From the NCBI GenBank assembly GCA_053919585.1, contig CM132799.1: 64,000 bases of DNA. One strand, 5' to 3'. Source of the DNA: Euprymna scolopes. Its lineage: Eukaryota. Of this stretch, positions 25,964-39,649 are shown one piece after another. Made by a program: the position numbers and the translations under genes. The notes beneath the pieces are model-generated. The model searched no databases and was not told where the DNA came from. It was given only the letters and a program-made list of their open reading frames with translations. Every line of letters starts with the position of its first letter. Within the stretch, counting starts at the first letter, position 1.

Positions 25964-27098
25964 GAGTGTGTCTGTGTGTGTTTACAATATGAATATATAT
26001 GTATATATTTACAATGTAAAAAACTTGCCACTCAATAAGTAGCATATGAATGTTCAATTGCTAAATAATAATTTTTGTAATATCTTGCGTACGAATGTTA
26101 CTTATATCCACGAGTTCCTAAATATTAACTCTGCTCAACCTAGCAATCTAGTCAGCGCTTATTAATGCAACTAATTTATGAAGTTCTTTTTTCTTTCTAC
26201 TCGAAAAGGGCCTTTGTAATAATATGTATTTATTAATTCATTTACATTTTCTACCACTATATATATGATTCATGAATCAAGTGTTCTCAAAATAATATAA
26301 TCTATTGTATGGACATGTGGATCGATACTATTTTGGATATTTGAACCATGTCTACCTTTTCATTGATCCAGTAACGCATCCAATAAAAATTTTAAATAAA
26401 ACCCAGACATGTTGACATAACTCCGAAAGAAAAAGAATATTCTTTAAAAATGTTATGTGTCCTTATTTAGTTAAGAAATTGTGATTGAATGAATTACAAA
26501 TGGTATATTAATTATATGATTGTTTTATGTGCTACAGATTTACCATGTGAACATAAACAGTACTATTAACAATAGTTCAGTATTTCGAAAATGAACTATA
26601 TATAGATTAACAAAAGTAANNNNNNNNNNNNNNNNNNNNNNNNNNNNNNNNNNNNNNNNNNNNNNNNNNNNNNNNNNNNNNNNNNNNNNNNNNNNNNNNN
26701 NNNNNNNNNNNNNNNNNNNNNNNNNNNNNNNNNNNNNNNNNNNNNNNNNNNNNNNNNNNNNNNNNNNNNNNNNNNNNNNNNNNNNNNNNNNNNNNNNNNN
26801 NNNNCGCTGTATAAATATAGAATTATATCCGAGTAATAGTTTTGCGTTGATTTTTGTAGAATGATAATTATAAAATGCGAAATTATTAGTTATTGAATTT
26901 AAAAAAAAAACATGAACTTTGTGGTTTGTAATAGCAAGTAGCTATCATTAACATTCAAACTGAAATTCAATCTTATAAAAAGTAATATAATCCTTCATAA
27001 CCGTTCAGATGCTATAGAAATAACGCCAATACCATTCAGCCAGGTCGCAAAGTTTCCCCCGATGGTTGCGGTTAGCTCCATCATTGATTTTATACACA

Positions 27099-28862
27099 TC
27101 TATCTATATATCTATAAAAGTGAAAGTGTATGTCCGTCTGTGTGTAGCTGTGTATCTTGTGTCTGTGTGTGCATATTTCCCTACGCAATAACTCTGTTAA
27201 TTTGTAGTCTACAGACTCGGAATGTGATATGCAGGGTTCTGAGATTGGGGAAATCTACGTAATCTTGTTTCGGGCAGAAATTTTGCGATTAAGGGTTCAA
27301 AGTTGAACGATTTGACCTTTGAGAACTCTAACAAACTCTTCCGACAATTTTGAATCTAAACACTTGAAATTTTAGATATAGGTTCAATGGACATGGCTCT
27401 AACTTAATATAATTCGATTCAAAAACAATAAATTTTAAGTGGTCATAATAGGGGTCAAAGTTAAAAAAATTGATCACTTTTTTTCTTTTGTTTGCTCAAC
27501 ATACATCTTTAAATACCCGGGCAACGCCGGACACCCATACTAGTATATCTATAAAAGTGAAAGTGTATGTCTGTCTGTGAATGTATCTGTGGTCCTGTGT
27601 ATGTACATTCCTCTACGCAATTACTCGGCCAATTTTACTTCTACAGACTCCGAAATTTGATATACAGGGTACTATTTGGGAAAATAGATGTGATCGGTTT
27701 TCGGCCAGAAAATTGGTGAATAAGTATTCAAAGTTCCACGATTTGGCATTTGAGAACTCTACCAAACTCCTCCGACAATTTTGGGTCTAATCACTTGACA
27801 TTTTAGATATGCATTTCTTAGACATGGATCTATCTTTATAACTTGATTTGAACCCAAATAAATAAATTTTTAGGGGTTATAGTAGGGGGGTCAAAGTTTA
27901 AAAAAATGCCGTTTTTTTTTTTTTGCTCAACATACAAAATACCCGGAAAACGACGGTCATGCATGCTAATATATCTATAAAAGTGAACGCGTCTGTGTGT
28001 CTGTCTGCTGTATGGCTGTATGTGTACATTTCCCTACGCAATAAATCTGTCAATTTTTAGTCTACACACTCCAAATTTGATATAAAGGGTACTGAGATTT
28101 GGGAAAATCTTTGTGATCGGTCCTCCGCCAGAAATTTTGCTGTTTAGAGGTCCAAGTTCAACGATGTTACCTTTGAGAACTCTACCAAACGTCTCCGACA
28201 ATTTTGGGTCTAAACACTTGAAATTTTAGATATAGGTTCCTTGGACATGGATCTAACTTAATAACTCAATTTGATCCCAAAACAATAAATGTTAAGGGGG
28301 CATAATAGTGGTCAAAGCTAAAAAATAACCTCTGCGGTTTCTACAAAAATAACGCAGACAATTTCTGGTCTAAACATTTTAAATTTTATATAAAGGGTAT
28401 TCAGAGATAGGGCGAGCTTTTTCATCGGTTTGGAACGAAACATTTTAGTAACAAATATATAATTGTATGTATGTATGTATGTTTGCATGTCTGCCTAAAA
28501 CTTTCGACAGAAGCGACGGATTTTGCTAAGATCTGTATCATTTAAAATTCGAAATTTTTATACGACAAATCGATATTCAACTAAAAACTTTAATATCTCC
28601 ACATTCAACTAAGCACTTTTCTACTGGAGGGTCTCTTTGTCGCCGATATTTTGGAAAATTATCCTCTCCTTTAGATTGTCTAGCCTTAATTTAAACATAA
28701 CTCATTTCAGGTTTGGCGCTGGTCGTAAGCGCAAAGACGTCAGTTTTTCCCCCGTTCTTTTCCTCCTTCGCGGTACGGGTTCGAGGCTGGCTTCCTACTA
28801 CCACTTTTTCTTGCTCAACATACACATCCAATCATCCGGCCAACGCCGGGCTGAAATGCTAA
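27099..28862 (+). mobile_element. Head-to-tail array of non-autonomous Helitrons (3 units; the last is chimeric)
   Basis: TATATCTATAAAAGTGAA near the unit starts (~27099, 27544, 27970). Hairpin plus CTAG/CTAA ends at 27543, 27969 and 28862. Confidence 0.85.
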
Positions 28863-30109
28863 TTTTAAATAAATTTGACAAGAAAGTACTGAACTTCATA
28901 AGAGTATTCCTATTTATATAATATTTTTCTTAACCAATTGACCAAATAAAAGTGATAAACTTAATGATTCAATAAGAAAATTCATAAAAATATTAAACAA
29001 AAAAACTATTTGAATGAATGACGGTATTTAATTTAACGTATTAACAGCTTCATTCGTTTTAATATTTACAATATTAATAGTTCTAACCTTTACGATTAAA
29101 GTCTATACCATACACTAAAACACATCGATACTGTAGGTTTAGTGACAGATACAAGTATTGACTAATATTATGCATATACATTTTGCTTACTATACCTGAT
29201 ATTACAATGTATTATAAGTTAACTGCTCTTACGTATTAGTGAAATGTTCGTGCTCCTTTATGGGATCAGCTTAAAGAATCAATTCTAACATAAATATTTA
29301 TTTTTTTAATATTACCAGTTAAGTATATACCCAGTACAATAAGTTGAATAAATATTATTTTACCGTTCAATGTTATTGGGTATATGGTTACTAAACTTAG
29401 TTTCATCCTTTATATATAATCTTGAAAGACTTCTATTTTACTTTAGTGAAATGAAATAGAAACATCTCCTCGACTAGTTTAGTCGAACTTCTAATGCCAT
29501 CTTTGTTTATAGTATGTGTTCTTGCAGATCACCATTTTTCCTTAGAGCGATTGTGACGTTTGCCAATCAGAGAAATAGCCAAAAAGACATTAAAGGGTCG
29601 AGATCCGCCGTGAAGCATTGCCGACTTTTCTTATTGCTTTCAGCTGACAAATCTAATGCTCTTTGAATGATTAAATGCGATTTGGGTTTTTGTTCTAGAC
29701 TTCAGCCGCCAGAAGCTTTGGAACCATTGGCTATCTTTACGGCATTAATTTATCATACTATTTTTTCTATCACTCTTGGTATTTTGTTCCGTCTTCAGCT
29801 CAACCCTTTTATTTTATTAAGTGAAAAAAGTTCAGTAGTAAAATACGTAAAGGTCATTAGGAAAATAATGAATGAAATAAAATAAGTTGAAGGTATAAAA
29901 GTGGTTTATGCAAGAAGCAGAACTGTGTATCTAGACCAACACATAAATTTTTATGAAAGTGTGAGTGTGTTTCCCCTTGTGTGAATCTGTGTGTGTGCGT
30001 GTTAATAAAATTATTTGTTTCATGCATAATGCGTTAGGATATAATCATCCCTGCACGATATAGATTATTCGAGATTTTCTATATTGTGGAAAAATAAGTG
30101 AAGGACTAA

Positions 30110-30556
30110 TGACAAGAAGGGGGTGATATGGTGCACGCAACTTCACTGGAGAGAATTCTGAGGGGTGCCAACATCTGTGTTCTCCGGCGTTTCCTGTTCG
30201 CTCAGTAGTTATCTCATATAGCGTATATTCGTGTTACGTGAGGAGGTAGGTTGCTAGTAGTACCTTGGTGAGAATTTTATCAGTTATCAATTGCTCTCCG
30301 ACGTACATGCACTTTCAATGAGGTCGTGGTATGAGATATTCTGCGGACGGGGACCTCAGTGGAATATGAAGATCGTTGGTTCCTTTTGGATCTCGTCCAA
30401 CTTCTCTCCAGAGAGGCAATGAGTCGAATTTCTTCAACTAGCAGTTATCTGACTCCCGGGTTGGGGTCGCAAAATAACGACAATTTCGAGACCCTTTTAT
30501 ACCGGCAACATCTCGGAACATGCGGCCCAATTATGGTCGGAATGGACTTTTCGACA
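30110..30556 (-). mobile_element. Possible solo LTR
   Basis: GC-elevated 447-bp island with TG...CA ends and imperfect terminal inverted repeats (TGACAAGAAG versus TGTCGAAAAG on the minus strand). Minus-strand TATAAAA at 30495-30501. No clear target-site duplication. Confidence 0.4.
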
Positions 30557-31099
30557 ATGTAATGCATGCACTTTTTTCCGAAACTGCGTATCGAAAAACA
30601 TTTTATGCAGCGATATGCATGAAATACATGTTCCCATGCATATAATGCGTTCTCTACCCTGCTTAAATATGCGATCAGGCCTTTTATCCAAAAGTGTTTA
30701 TATTTGTTTTACTTTGTATATATTAAAACTCGTGTGTCCTCGTCTTATGTGTGTCTGCATGCCATTAATGTTACATATATATTATTCATTTTAAGTTATA
30801 ATTTGAACATTGTTTGTATATACCATACTTCACTATCGCGCACCAAGCTGTGCTGCTCATTGTTTTACGGACTTTACGTATAGATATTTTACGCGTAATT
30901 CTGAGCATATTGTATTGAGGGTTAGAGGATTATGTGCGTTTCATTTATTGTTTGTTTTGTTTCATGGCTATTTCGCAGGAGTTTCGAAGGATTAAGCCAG
31001 ACATCAAATGAAAAACAATTGTGCATTTTACGCACAATTTTAAATTATTTTTCAGAAAGTAAAAATGTTATCCATCTTTTAGGAGATATTTTCTCTTTG

Positions 31100-31600
31100 T
31101 TCATCATTGACTGCGGAACTTATATTTATAAGTATTGAAACGATATCTAAGTCAACAAATTCTGATTCTGATGCACTGCGTAAATAAGAACATTATTTGT
31201 GCAGTTATTTTGTAATGCAGTTATTAAAACAATATGGTAGGTTTTACGGGAATTTAGATTTGATAGATCAGCATATGAAGGAAACAGATGTTATTAATTA
31301 TTGTGTGCAAATGAATGTTAAAAACAAATAATAAAATCCTATGTTTGATGGATTGCTGTCCCCTATTATATTGACATATAATAACTAAAATTTACCATAA
31401 AAATATAAACTCCTGGATCGAATTTCAGACAAATTCATAGTGAGCACAAATTATTACAAAACAGATAAACACAAATATAAAGGCTTCTTATGATTTCTAC
31501 ATCACCCTTCGAAATCAATGATGTGTGTAATGATTTCTGTCTGTGCTTGTTGTAATGGAACGGTTTTAATAAAAAATTGTGTAGACCTGCTTAATCATAG
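31100..31600 (+). mobile_element. Possible piggyBac transposase relic
   Basis: GNLDLIDQHM (GGVDLxDQ-like) at ~31248 and a Cys-containing remnant near 31540. Very degraded. Confidence 0.25.
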
Positions 31601-32076
31601 AGATTGTCGATGCAAGGAAAAAAGATAAGACGAAGAAGTCGATGATTAAATAATTAAGTAGTGCAGACTCCTACCTCTTCTATCTCTATTTAATATTTTG
31701 CTAAGTTTTTTTTTTTAGAAATAATAAAGGAAAATAATCAAAAACTAAACAACACTCTTTACATTGAAAGACCAACGCTGAAAATATCCCTCTATATTTC
31801 TGGTTATTACACACAATCTCCTAATAGAAATTTATTTTCTTTTCTTTTCTTTATACGCTTACTACGATGCTATGTTAAAACGATTAAAACATTTAAAATG
31901 GCCAAGTCAGGATTAGTATATAGGATAATTGTTTGAGTTCGTCTGAAAACGTAATTGTTTTCGTTCAATTCCTTCCGGATTTTTCCCTCTAAGTGTGCAC
32001 TAAGCATGATTCAAATATCTTACAAATTCGTTACAATTAGATTCGCATGTAATCGAAAGCGATTGGGGCGTTATTT

Positions 32077-32137
<61 letters not shown>

Positions 32138-32949
32138 ATTAATTTTTTATCGTACTCCTCTGTTCTCGCTGTGATTTTTCCTGTCGTAATGAAGATTTCC
32201 TTACTTTTTTACCTTCGCAATCTCACACTTTTACAATTCAACTTCCATTATCCTCCACACATGCCTACACTATTTTCCTCATCTTATTACAAGTCATTAC
32301 ACTATTTAAGCTCCCACCTCTTCTTTCTCTTGTTTTTATACAATACTTTTTACGACTATAACTTTTACCATAGAAAAAATAATGTTGCAACTAGTTCCTC
32401 ATTCTGTTAGGAATATTCGTGTGTAGTATCGACTTTTTACTAAGGATATTTGCTCATTTCCGATAATTGATTATTTACAACTTAAATTAACTCATGTTAC
32501 ATCATATGAAAATTAACACCAGGTCATGGGAATATATAATATCAATCGCACATAAATTCCACTGTTAATTATATCATTTAATAACATGCTGTACTCTTAT
32601 CAATAATTTGTAAAGTCCAGCTTTCATACCCCTTCTTTGTCTATAAGCCAGACGAAGAGGTGCGATCACAGAGACGCGACAGGAACTCTCAATGTTTCCC
32701 GACTAGTTAAATAGACGCCGTTCTCCACTCCCACCTCCTATCCCCTAAAACTAAGAATTGTAGGCGTGCTTGAGGGCCATATATTCCAATGGAATTGGAT
32801 TGGGTTGATTATTGGCTGATGGGTTTAAAATACTGGTTTGAGAGTTCGTCTCGTTACTGCACTTCGACTTACACTACAGAGATCCTACACATTGGTAGGT
32901 CTTACAGATGCTGCTCCATCATCATTTGTTTAATTTAGTTGGAATGCCA

Positions 32950-35050
32950 TGTCACACATATAAAAAGATATGTAGTATCCTCCAGTGGACTTTCCCGAGG
33001 TCTCAATGTTGTTTATCGAATGTCGACTGATAATCTACTTGTGTTGTATATTTGGGACTCAACACTTTTTTTCATACCTCTCACTACAGAACTGTATAAT
33101 TTTACTTTCATGTTCACCACCGTAATCGCCTTGGTTTTTCTACTTACATGGACGCAGCTCGTAACATAGCACCCGGCTTCTCTTTATTTCATTCCTTATT
33201 AAAGACAGTTACGTTTTCGAACCGTCTCGCTGATCGACAAAACATACACGTTTTACTTCTATCAGAGTTGAATGAAGCCGGGTATTGTTTCTTTTAGTTT
33301 TACTTCCATTAGAGTTGAATAAAGCCAGATATGTTTTCTTTTAGTCTCATGGTAAGCTCAATAGACAATACAAATGTTTGCGCCCGTATCTACGGTATTT
33401 ATTAAAATCAGAGGAGTTCACTCCACATAATTACAAGATGAAATGTGGTCATCTTCACGCGAAGTAAAAAAAAATTCTTGTGACTCTCTGTGCATTTGTA
33501 GTGACAAATTCCTTGGTGCTATAGTTTTCCGAGATGGCAGTTTCCTTAACGAAAGACGACTGACTGGATGTGCATATTCTTCCGTGTTGTCATCAATTCC
33601 TATTTTTCTTCGTGCTCGCTGGGCGACTTAAATTTGATTTGGTGTTCAACCTCCATTGCTTTCTCAGGAAGTTGTTCTACTGGGAGATCAAGGTTTATAG
33701 ACGGGTTCGGTGTTCTTTGTGTTACGTAATATGGGTTATCCGCAACTGGGTATATCTAATGTACAAACGGACCGTCGCGCAATGTTACTCTATTTATATC
33801 ATCTATTCGCATTTGATACTGTAGGTTTCCCTGTATCCTCCACGTCTTCGTCCATCGAAGTGGGTAGTTACATTCCTAGTTTTGAATATGGAAGGTCTCC
33901 TACTTGCAGTTCCCGATGCGGAAAAATGCGGGTTGTAGAACTGCTCGTTTCGCATATGATTCTTGGCATGCCACTTCTTTTAATTCGGTTATTTACTTCC
34001 ACTGTTTTCTTGTGTTGTATTAATCCTGTAAAATCGAAAGGTGGTCTTTATGGGCCCGACTATATAGCATTACGGCTGGGGGTATTGGAAGTAAATATGT
34101 CGATGAGTTAGTAATGCCCAACCCGCTCAATCGTTGCATAGACATATAACTGTCTGTGTTGACGGCTAGTATAGGCTTTGCGGTTTCAACTGATAAATCT
34201 GTGCGGCCGTAGCTTTGAGCATAATAGGTTGATGTTTCCATCCCAGTTCTAAAAGGGAGTTGTATTCCTGGGTCTCAAATGGTGGTTCACCACCCGAAGA
34301 ATTTTCTTCAGGTGCACCTTAAGTACAGAACAAATTACTCAAAGTAGGGTATAACGTTTTGGCCCTTTGTTACGTGATTGGGGCCACTTATCCATCCCGC
34401 ATACTGGTCAGCGTATACCATAAAGTGTCTACCTTGTACATTGACGAAATCGACAACCACTTGTTGGAATAGAAATCCCTGGTTTGCTAGGGACGTTAAA
34501 GTTTTCCCTACGCTAAGATGGTCTGATTGTGTTGCTAGTGAAGTACTGAGATCTGGTTTGCCTGAGGGTGATCATAACAATTGTTGTCTTGCATTAGACA
34601 TCATACCATTTTTGCCTTGATGTGTAGATTAAAGGATTCTAATACCTCTATCTGAAAGTGGTCATGTATCAAGAGTTTGTTGCATTTTACTATAACTCAC
34701 TCCGCCAATATAACCGCCCACTTATAGGCCAGAAGATTCGAAGCATAGGTGCGATATCGTTGCGTGACTGAGGGAAGCCATTCTAAATTAGACCTCTCAA
34801 GATGCTACATGGCTCATCTGAAACTGTCGCAGTTACAACCCTTTCCCATGTGATAGCTTCAATTTAGGGGCATTCTCGTACATTGATGTGAAAGCGGCTT
34901 TTTTCTGCATTATCACTCGATTAGTCCTGTTTTCTTTTTGGTATGGGGTACCCGCTGCATATCGAGATTATCAATCAGTGGCTAAATTGAGTTTTCCAGA
35001 ACGATGTTTAATATGGAATTTGCAAATCTGTGTATTTTCTTGAAATTTAA
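32950..35050 (-). mobile_element. Ty3/Gypsy LTR-retrotransposon relic (integrase) with a putative 3' LTR
   Basis: Minus strand STHQGKNGMMSNARQQ (integrase Zn-binding region) and FQQVVVDFVNVQGRHFMVYADQYAGW (rve core start). Putative LTR TGTCAC...GTAACA at 32950-33167. Confidence 0.75.
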
Positions 35051-35099
35051 CAAGCGTGTATTGTGATCCATTTTTATCAGCAAGTCTGGGAATTAAATT

Positions 35100-35450
35100 T
35101 TGAATATTCAGTAATATTCAAACCCATACAGAAAGGATTAAGCTTCTTTTTCCACCGGGTCTTATCGTGATACCACACCATTTGTAAAACAGGAAGATGG
35201 AGTTTACTCAGACGTTAGTTTCTAGAGCTGTTAAGATTTGTTCTTCTACTAACTTTAATGCGAATTGCAAACATTTTCATGCGCAACCGTTATACGGAGA
35301 ATTCAATATTATCAAAAATAAAGTTAAAAAATACAAGTCTCCTTCACTTTTTGATCCTTCTCTTTGAACTGTCTACTTAAAAATTCGTTGGATCGGGGAT
35401 AAAGGCAAGTATTTGGGGAGACCATTAATTAAATAAGTATCAGCACAAAA
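35100..35450 (+). mobile_element. Penelope-like RT C-terminal fragment
   Basis: LVSRAVKICSSTNFNA and VYLKIRWIGDKG, homologous to VYLKLPWIG in ORF 56567-57199. Confidence 0.7.
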
Positions 35451-35594
35451 GTAATGTAGTTTACGAATTGAATTGCCAATGTGCTGCTGAATATGTGGGG
35501 CGAATCTTCTTAAATTTGCAGATTCTAATAAAAATAAGAGTTGGCAAGCCTGATCGTTATCACCTCTCATTTTTCACTTTGCTATCTACCTTAG

Positions 35595-35663
35595 CCAACA
35601 CCTTCATTAAATCCAGCGTGTGCCAATGAATTTTACACCATTGACTCTCGGAATCACTTGCTG
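35595..35663 (+). CDS. Candidate internal exon PTPSLNPACANEFYTIDSRNHLL
   Basis: CTTTGCTATCTACCTTAG| acceptor. Donors at 35664 (GTTTGT) or 35668 (GTGAGT). Open in phase 0. Confidence 0.3.
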
Positions 35664-35926
35664 GTTTGTGAGTCAGTCTTTCTTCTCTCACGTAGACCAT
35701 CTCTCTCCCGACAGAACAAAGTTGTCAAGTTATTAGTCTTCTAATGGGATATTTTTTTAACTTTCCCTATTGCTCCTATATAATTTTATTTTACATAATT
35801 ATAAATATTATATTCACACTATACCTAGATGTTTTTCTTCCTCGGTAAAATTTAAAGGCACCCCACCCATTAAGTCTCTGCTCTGAAGTGAAATGTTTAT
35901 GTATTTATTCATTCATTTTTACACAG

Positions 35927-36014
35927 TCTAACGATAAACTTCCGATGCGTTTGATGGCAAAAGAGGCTCCTCGAGTTTTGTTGGCTATTTTCCTTGCAGT
36001 CATTTATACATTTT
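35927..36014 (+). CDS. Candidate exon running into an assembly gap: SNDKLPMRLMAKEAPRVLLAIFLAVIYTF
   Basis: TTCATTTTTACACAG| acceptor. Open frame with a signal-peptide- or TM-like hydrophobic stretch. Truncated by N-gap 36015-36202. Confidence 0.3.
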
Positions 36015-39000
36015 NNNNNNNNNNNNNNNNNNNNNNNNNNNNNNNNNNNNNNNNNNNNNNNNNNNNNNNNNNNNNNNNNNNNNNNNNNNNNNNNNNNNNN
36101 NNNNNNNNNNNNNNNNNNNNNNNNNNNNNNNNNNNNNNNNNNNNNNNNNNNNNNNNNNNNNNNNNNNNNNNNNNNNNNNNNNNNNNNNNNNNNNNNNNNN
36201 NNGAAAGGAATTGTTTCTTTCAATGCATGAACTTTGTTTCTTTTGTTGCTATTAACATTCGTTTCACGGAAGTGACATCTTGCGCTCAACGCAAATTCTA
36301 TTCTTTTCTCTGTAAACGTAATGCAATTGTCTCCGTGACGGTCGATGAGACTTACATCTGAAAGACTTTGACTTTGCGTATTTTCATCCACAAAATTTAT
36401 GGGAAAGAAAAAAATATAGCAGACACTATTGCAAATGAATGCTTAGTTCTAGTAGAAGACGGCAAGAAAAGAACAGATTTTCAAAGAGACCAAAGATTAC
36501 TCGTCAGATAAAAATAATATATATCACACAATCTATTTAAAAATCATTTTGTTATTTTCAAAAGTTCTTATGCATAACAAGTGCGTCCATTGATAATACG
36601 AAGAAAAAATGAGAACATAGACGAAAATACTAACAAAGAATTGGAGGAATTATGAGAGCAATAAGAAGAAAATAGAAAAACAAAAGTAATAAATTGAAAA
36701 ATAAAGAAGAATTGAAAAGTTACTGCCAACGATGGTAGTGGAATTCATCATTTTAAAATTCATTCGAATCAAAGACCGTTATTTTTTAACGTATGTTCCC
36801 AATTCTGTCTATATTATCTATAATAATACCCCTTTCTGCGCTAAACAATGCTCTTACTTATTGAGGATTACTTATTATTCTTTATAAACAAATACGCTTA
36901 TCGAGTAGCCGTGTTCATAAGTAAGTGATGACGAACATTTTTTATAATTCAGACCATATAACACAACCAAATTTACGTTTGACTAAAAAATAGTTGGACA
37001 ACATGAATTAGGTATGAATACATTGAAAGGCTTTATTTATAAAAACCAAATAACATATTTAAAATATATTATTGTACATTATATTAAATATTGTTTTCAG
37101 TAGCACTATAAAACACACTTGATGTTTTTCAATGGCTTATTTAAAATCTTGTACCTTTTTTGTTTATACTATTACTTTCTCAAAAGCTTTATGTTTTATT
37201 ATTTCAATACTCATATAAAATATTAAATAATTTATTGTGTATTGGCTTTAAATATTTTGTTTTATTTATGTTCTCTTTGCCTGATTTCTTTTATTTTTTG
37301 TTATTCCTCGTGTTAGCATCCTGCGTTTAATTTCTTTTTTGTGTTTGATTGTTTTGTTGGTGCTAACATTACAATAACGTTTGTTCTGGCGGTTGATGAT
37401 GGAAATGGTGTTATATTAGTTCTCCTAGACATGCGTACATTTATTACGTGTTAGTAATAATGTTTTCACTTTAAACACGTTTGTTTAACATTCCGATATC
37501 GACAATCGTCCCAATTTATTCAGCAATTAGCGTCCTTTCGTAATTTTTATTATGTATACTCTTCTGACACGACACCTAATTCGTTACAATTTTACTTGAA
37601 AAACATTAACTTTAAAGATATCCAATCGACACCATCAGCCTTTTTTTAAGTTGATACTTTGCCTTATGCATGGTATGCCCACAAATTTGACGTAATTTTT
37701 AAATGCCAATATCTCGAAATCGAATCAATGTAACTTAATAGAATTGGAGAAAATTTATGTTAAAGATCTTAAGTTTTATTAGTAAACATTAAAAAAGAAA
37801 GATTTGAAGATTCTTTGACCGATATTCTAATTCTCATTTTTTTTATATGAGCGACGCCCGTGTCTCTGCATACGCAATGTGACTCTGCACACGCCTGGTG
37901 CTATGTTGCTAGACGTCCAGACCCTTTATCCCAGCATAAGCAGCCTTCCGTTATAAATTGTTGATGCTAAGTCAAATTCTGTTCATTAATTTGTGCATGT
38001 TTGGCAGATTTAACAAAAAGGTAACTATGAGGATGAATGTGTTCAAGTTACACTGTTTGAGCATATTCCAATACGAAAAATTACTTTTCTTTTGAAGTGA
38101 ACGGCATTTCTCAACTTGCAAAAGATAAATACTAAAGAGGAAACGCAAAATATTAAACCTTTTCTATACAAGCTATGTAATTTGAGGTCATTTCAACGAA
38201 AAGTCCAAAAATTACTGGCCTGCGAAATGGCGTCAATGTTTTAGAACCGCATTTACTTTGGGATTTGCTGTATTTTTCTTTGAAATTCATACGAACTCTT
38301 ACATGAGACGTAAGAATTTAGCGTTATTGTTTGCCGTAAATGTGTTAACTTGACCGATCAGCAGTCTGCACAATCATTCATTTTTTTGCTCGTAATTGTT
38401 TTTTACTGATTTATTTTGCTAGAATGTTTTAATCTTTCAACTAATTTAGGCAGGACACGTAATACTGTTATAATGCTGGTATTTAAAATGAATTGGTAAA
38501 CATATACGTAAGCCATACTATACCCTCGTATTTATCCTGTTCCATTGCACTCCTAAAAGCAGAAGTTGAAATTACAAAGCCCTTTAAATTACTACTTAAA
38601 TTAATTTTCTATGCCTATATCAGTTTTAGGAGATATTATAAAATATTTCTTCAAATAATACACAAAGGCAAAATCTCGTAACAGGCAGATACATTCTTTT
38701 CACATAATATATTTCAATCCTTATTATATTTGTCCGTGTCTCTTACTTTCGTTCTTCTTTTATATTACGGCTCCTAATAACCTAGGCAATCGTCTAATGT
38801 AACATGTCTTAAAATGAAACAAAATCTTAAATTTATAAGAACAGAAGGATTTTTAATAACTATTTTGTATGCATTTTTCATTATATACAACGTGTATATA
38901 ATAGAAAAAAGGGGATTGTATATAGGCTGTCATTAACAATTATGCGGAACATGACGAATAAAACTGAGACCAGAAAACACACACGAACTCACGAAAACAT

Positions 39001-39649
39001 AGGAGAGTGGCATTTATGTCCTCGCAACGCGGAAGCTGTTATTATAATTAAGAGACAAACATGGTAAAACACATTTTCTGTCTTGCCGCTTCGGGCAAGG
39101 AGATATTTAATATATGCATGCCAATAAATCTGCTTTTTATTTCTTTAAGAAAAAGAAATCTATAAATGTGTTCAACAGAAGTGACTGGTACATTTAGAAT
39201 AGATTCTTAAGCGCACAAGCTTTTTTTTAATATCGTTTATGAAATCAAAATGTGCAGGTCGATCACACATATTCATAATTTATAAATATTGTTTGCTATT
39301 TGTAAACTTTCTACTCAAGGATCGGTTTTACTGTTTAGACGTAGTATAACTGACGTTTTATTGGTTTAATGATTATATATTATCACATGTCCGAGGCGTT
39401 AGCAACAGGCAAGAGGTTATGAAACGACTTGATTGCATATGAATGGTAAAGAACCAAATTCTTTTGCATTACAGGCAGTAATAGCTATAATTCATAGTGC
39501 GTTGATTTGGACTCTGCTGAGTTAAAATATGGCGGATTTATTGATTTTAAAATGTCTTCAATAATTTATTGACAATCTTTAAGGGATTAAAAAATAAACA
39601 TAAAAGTGTATTATTAGAAAATTGAGCAAAAATAAAAATCTAACTTTCA

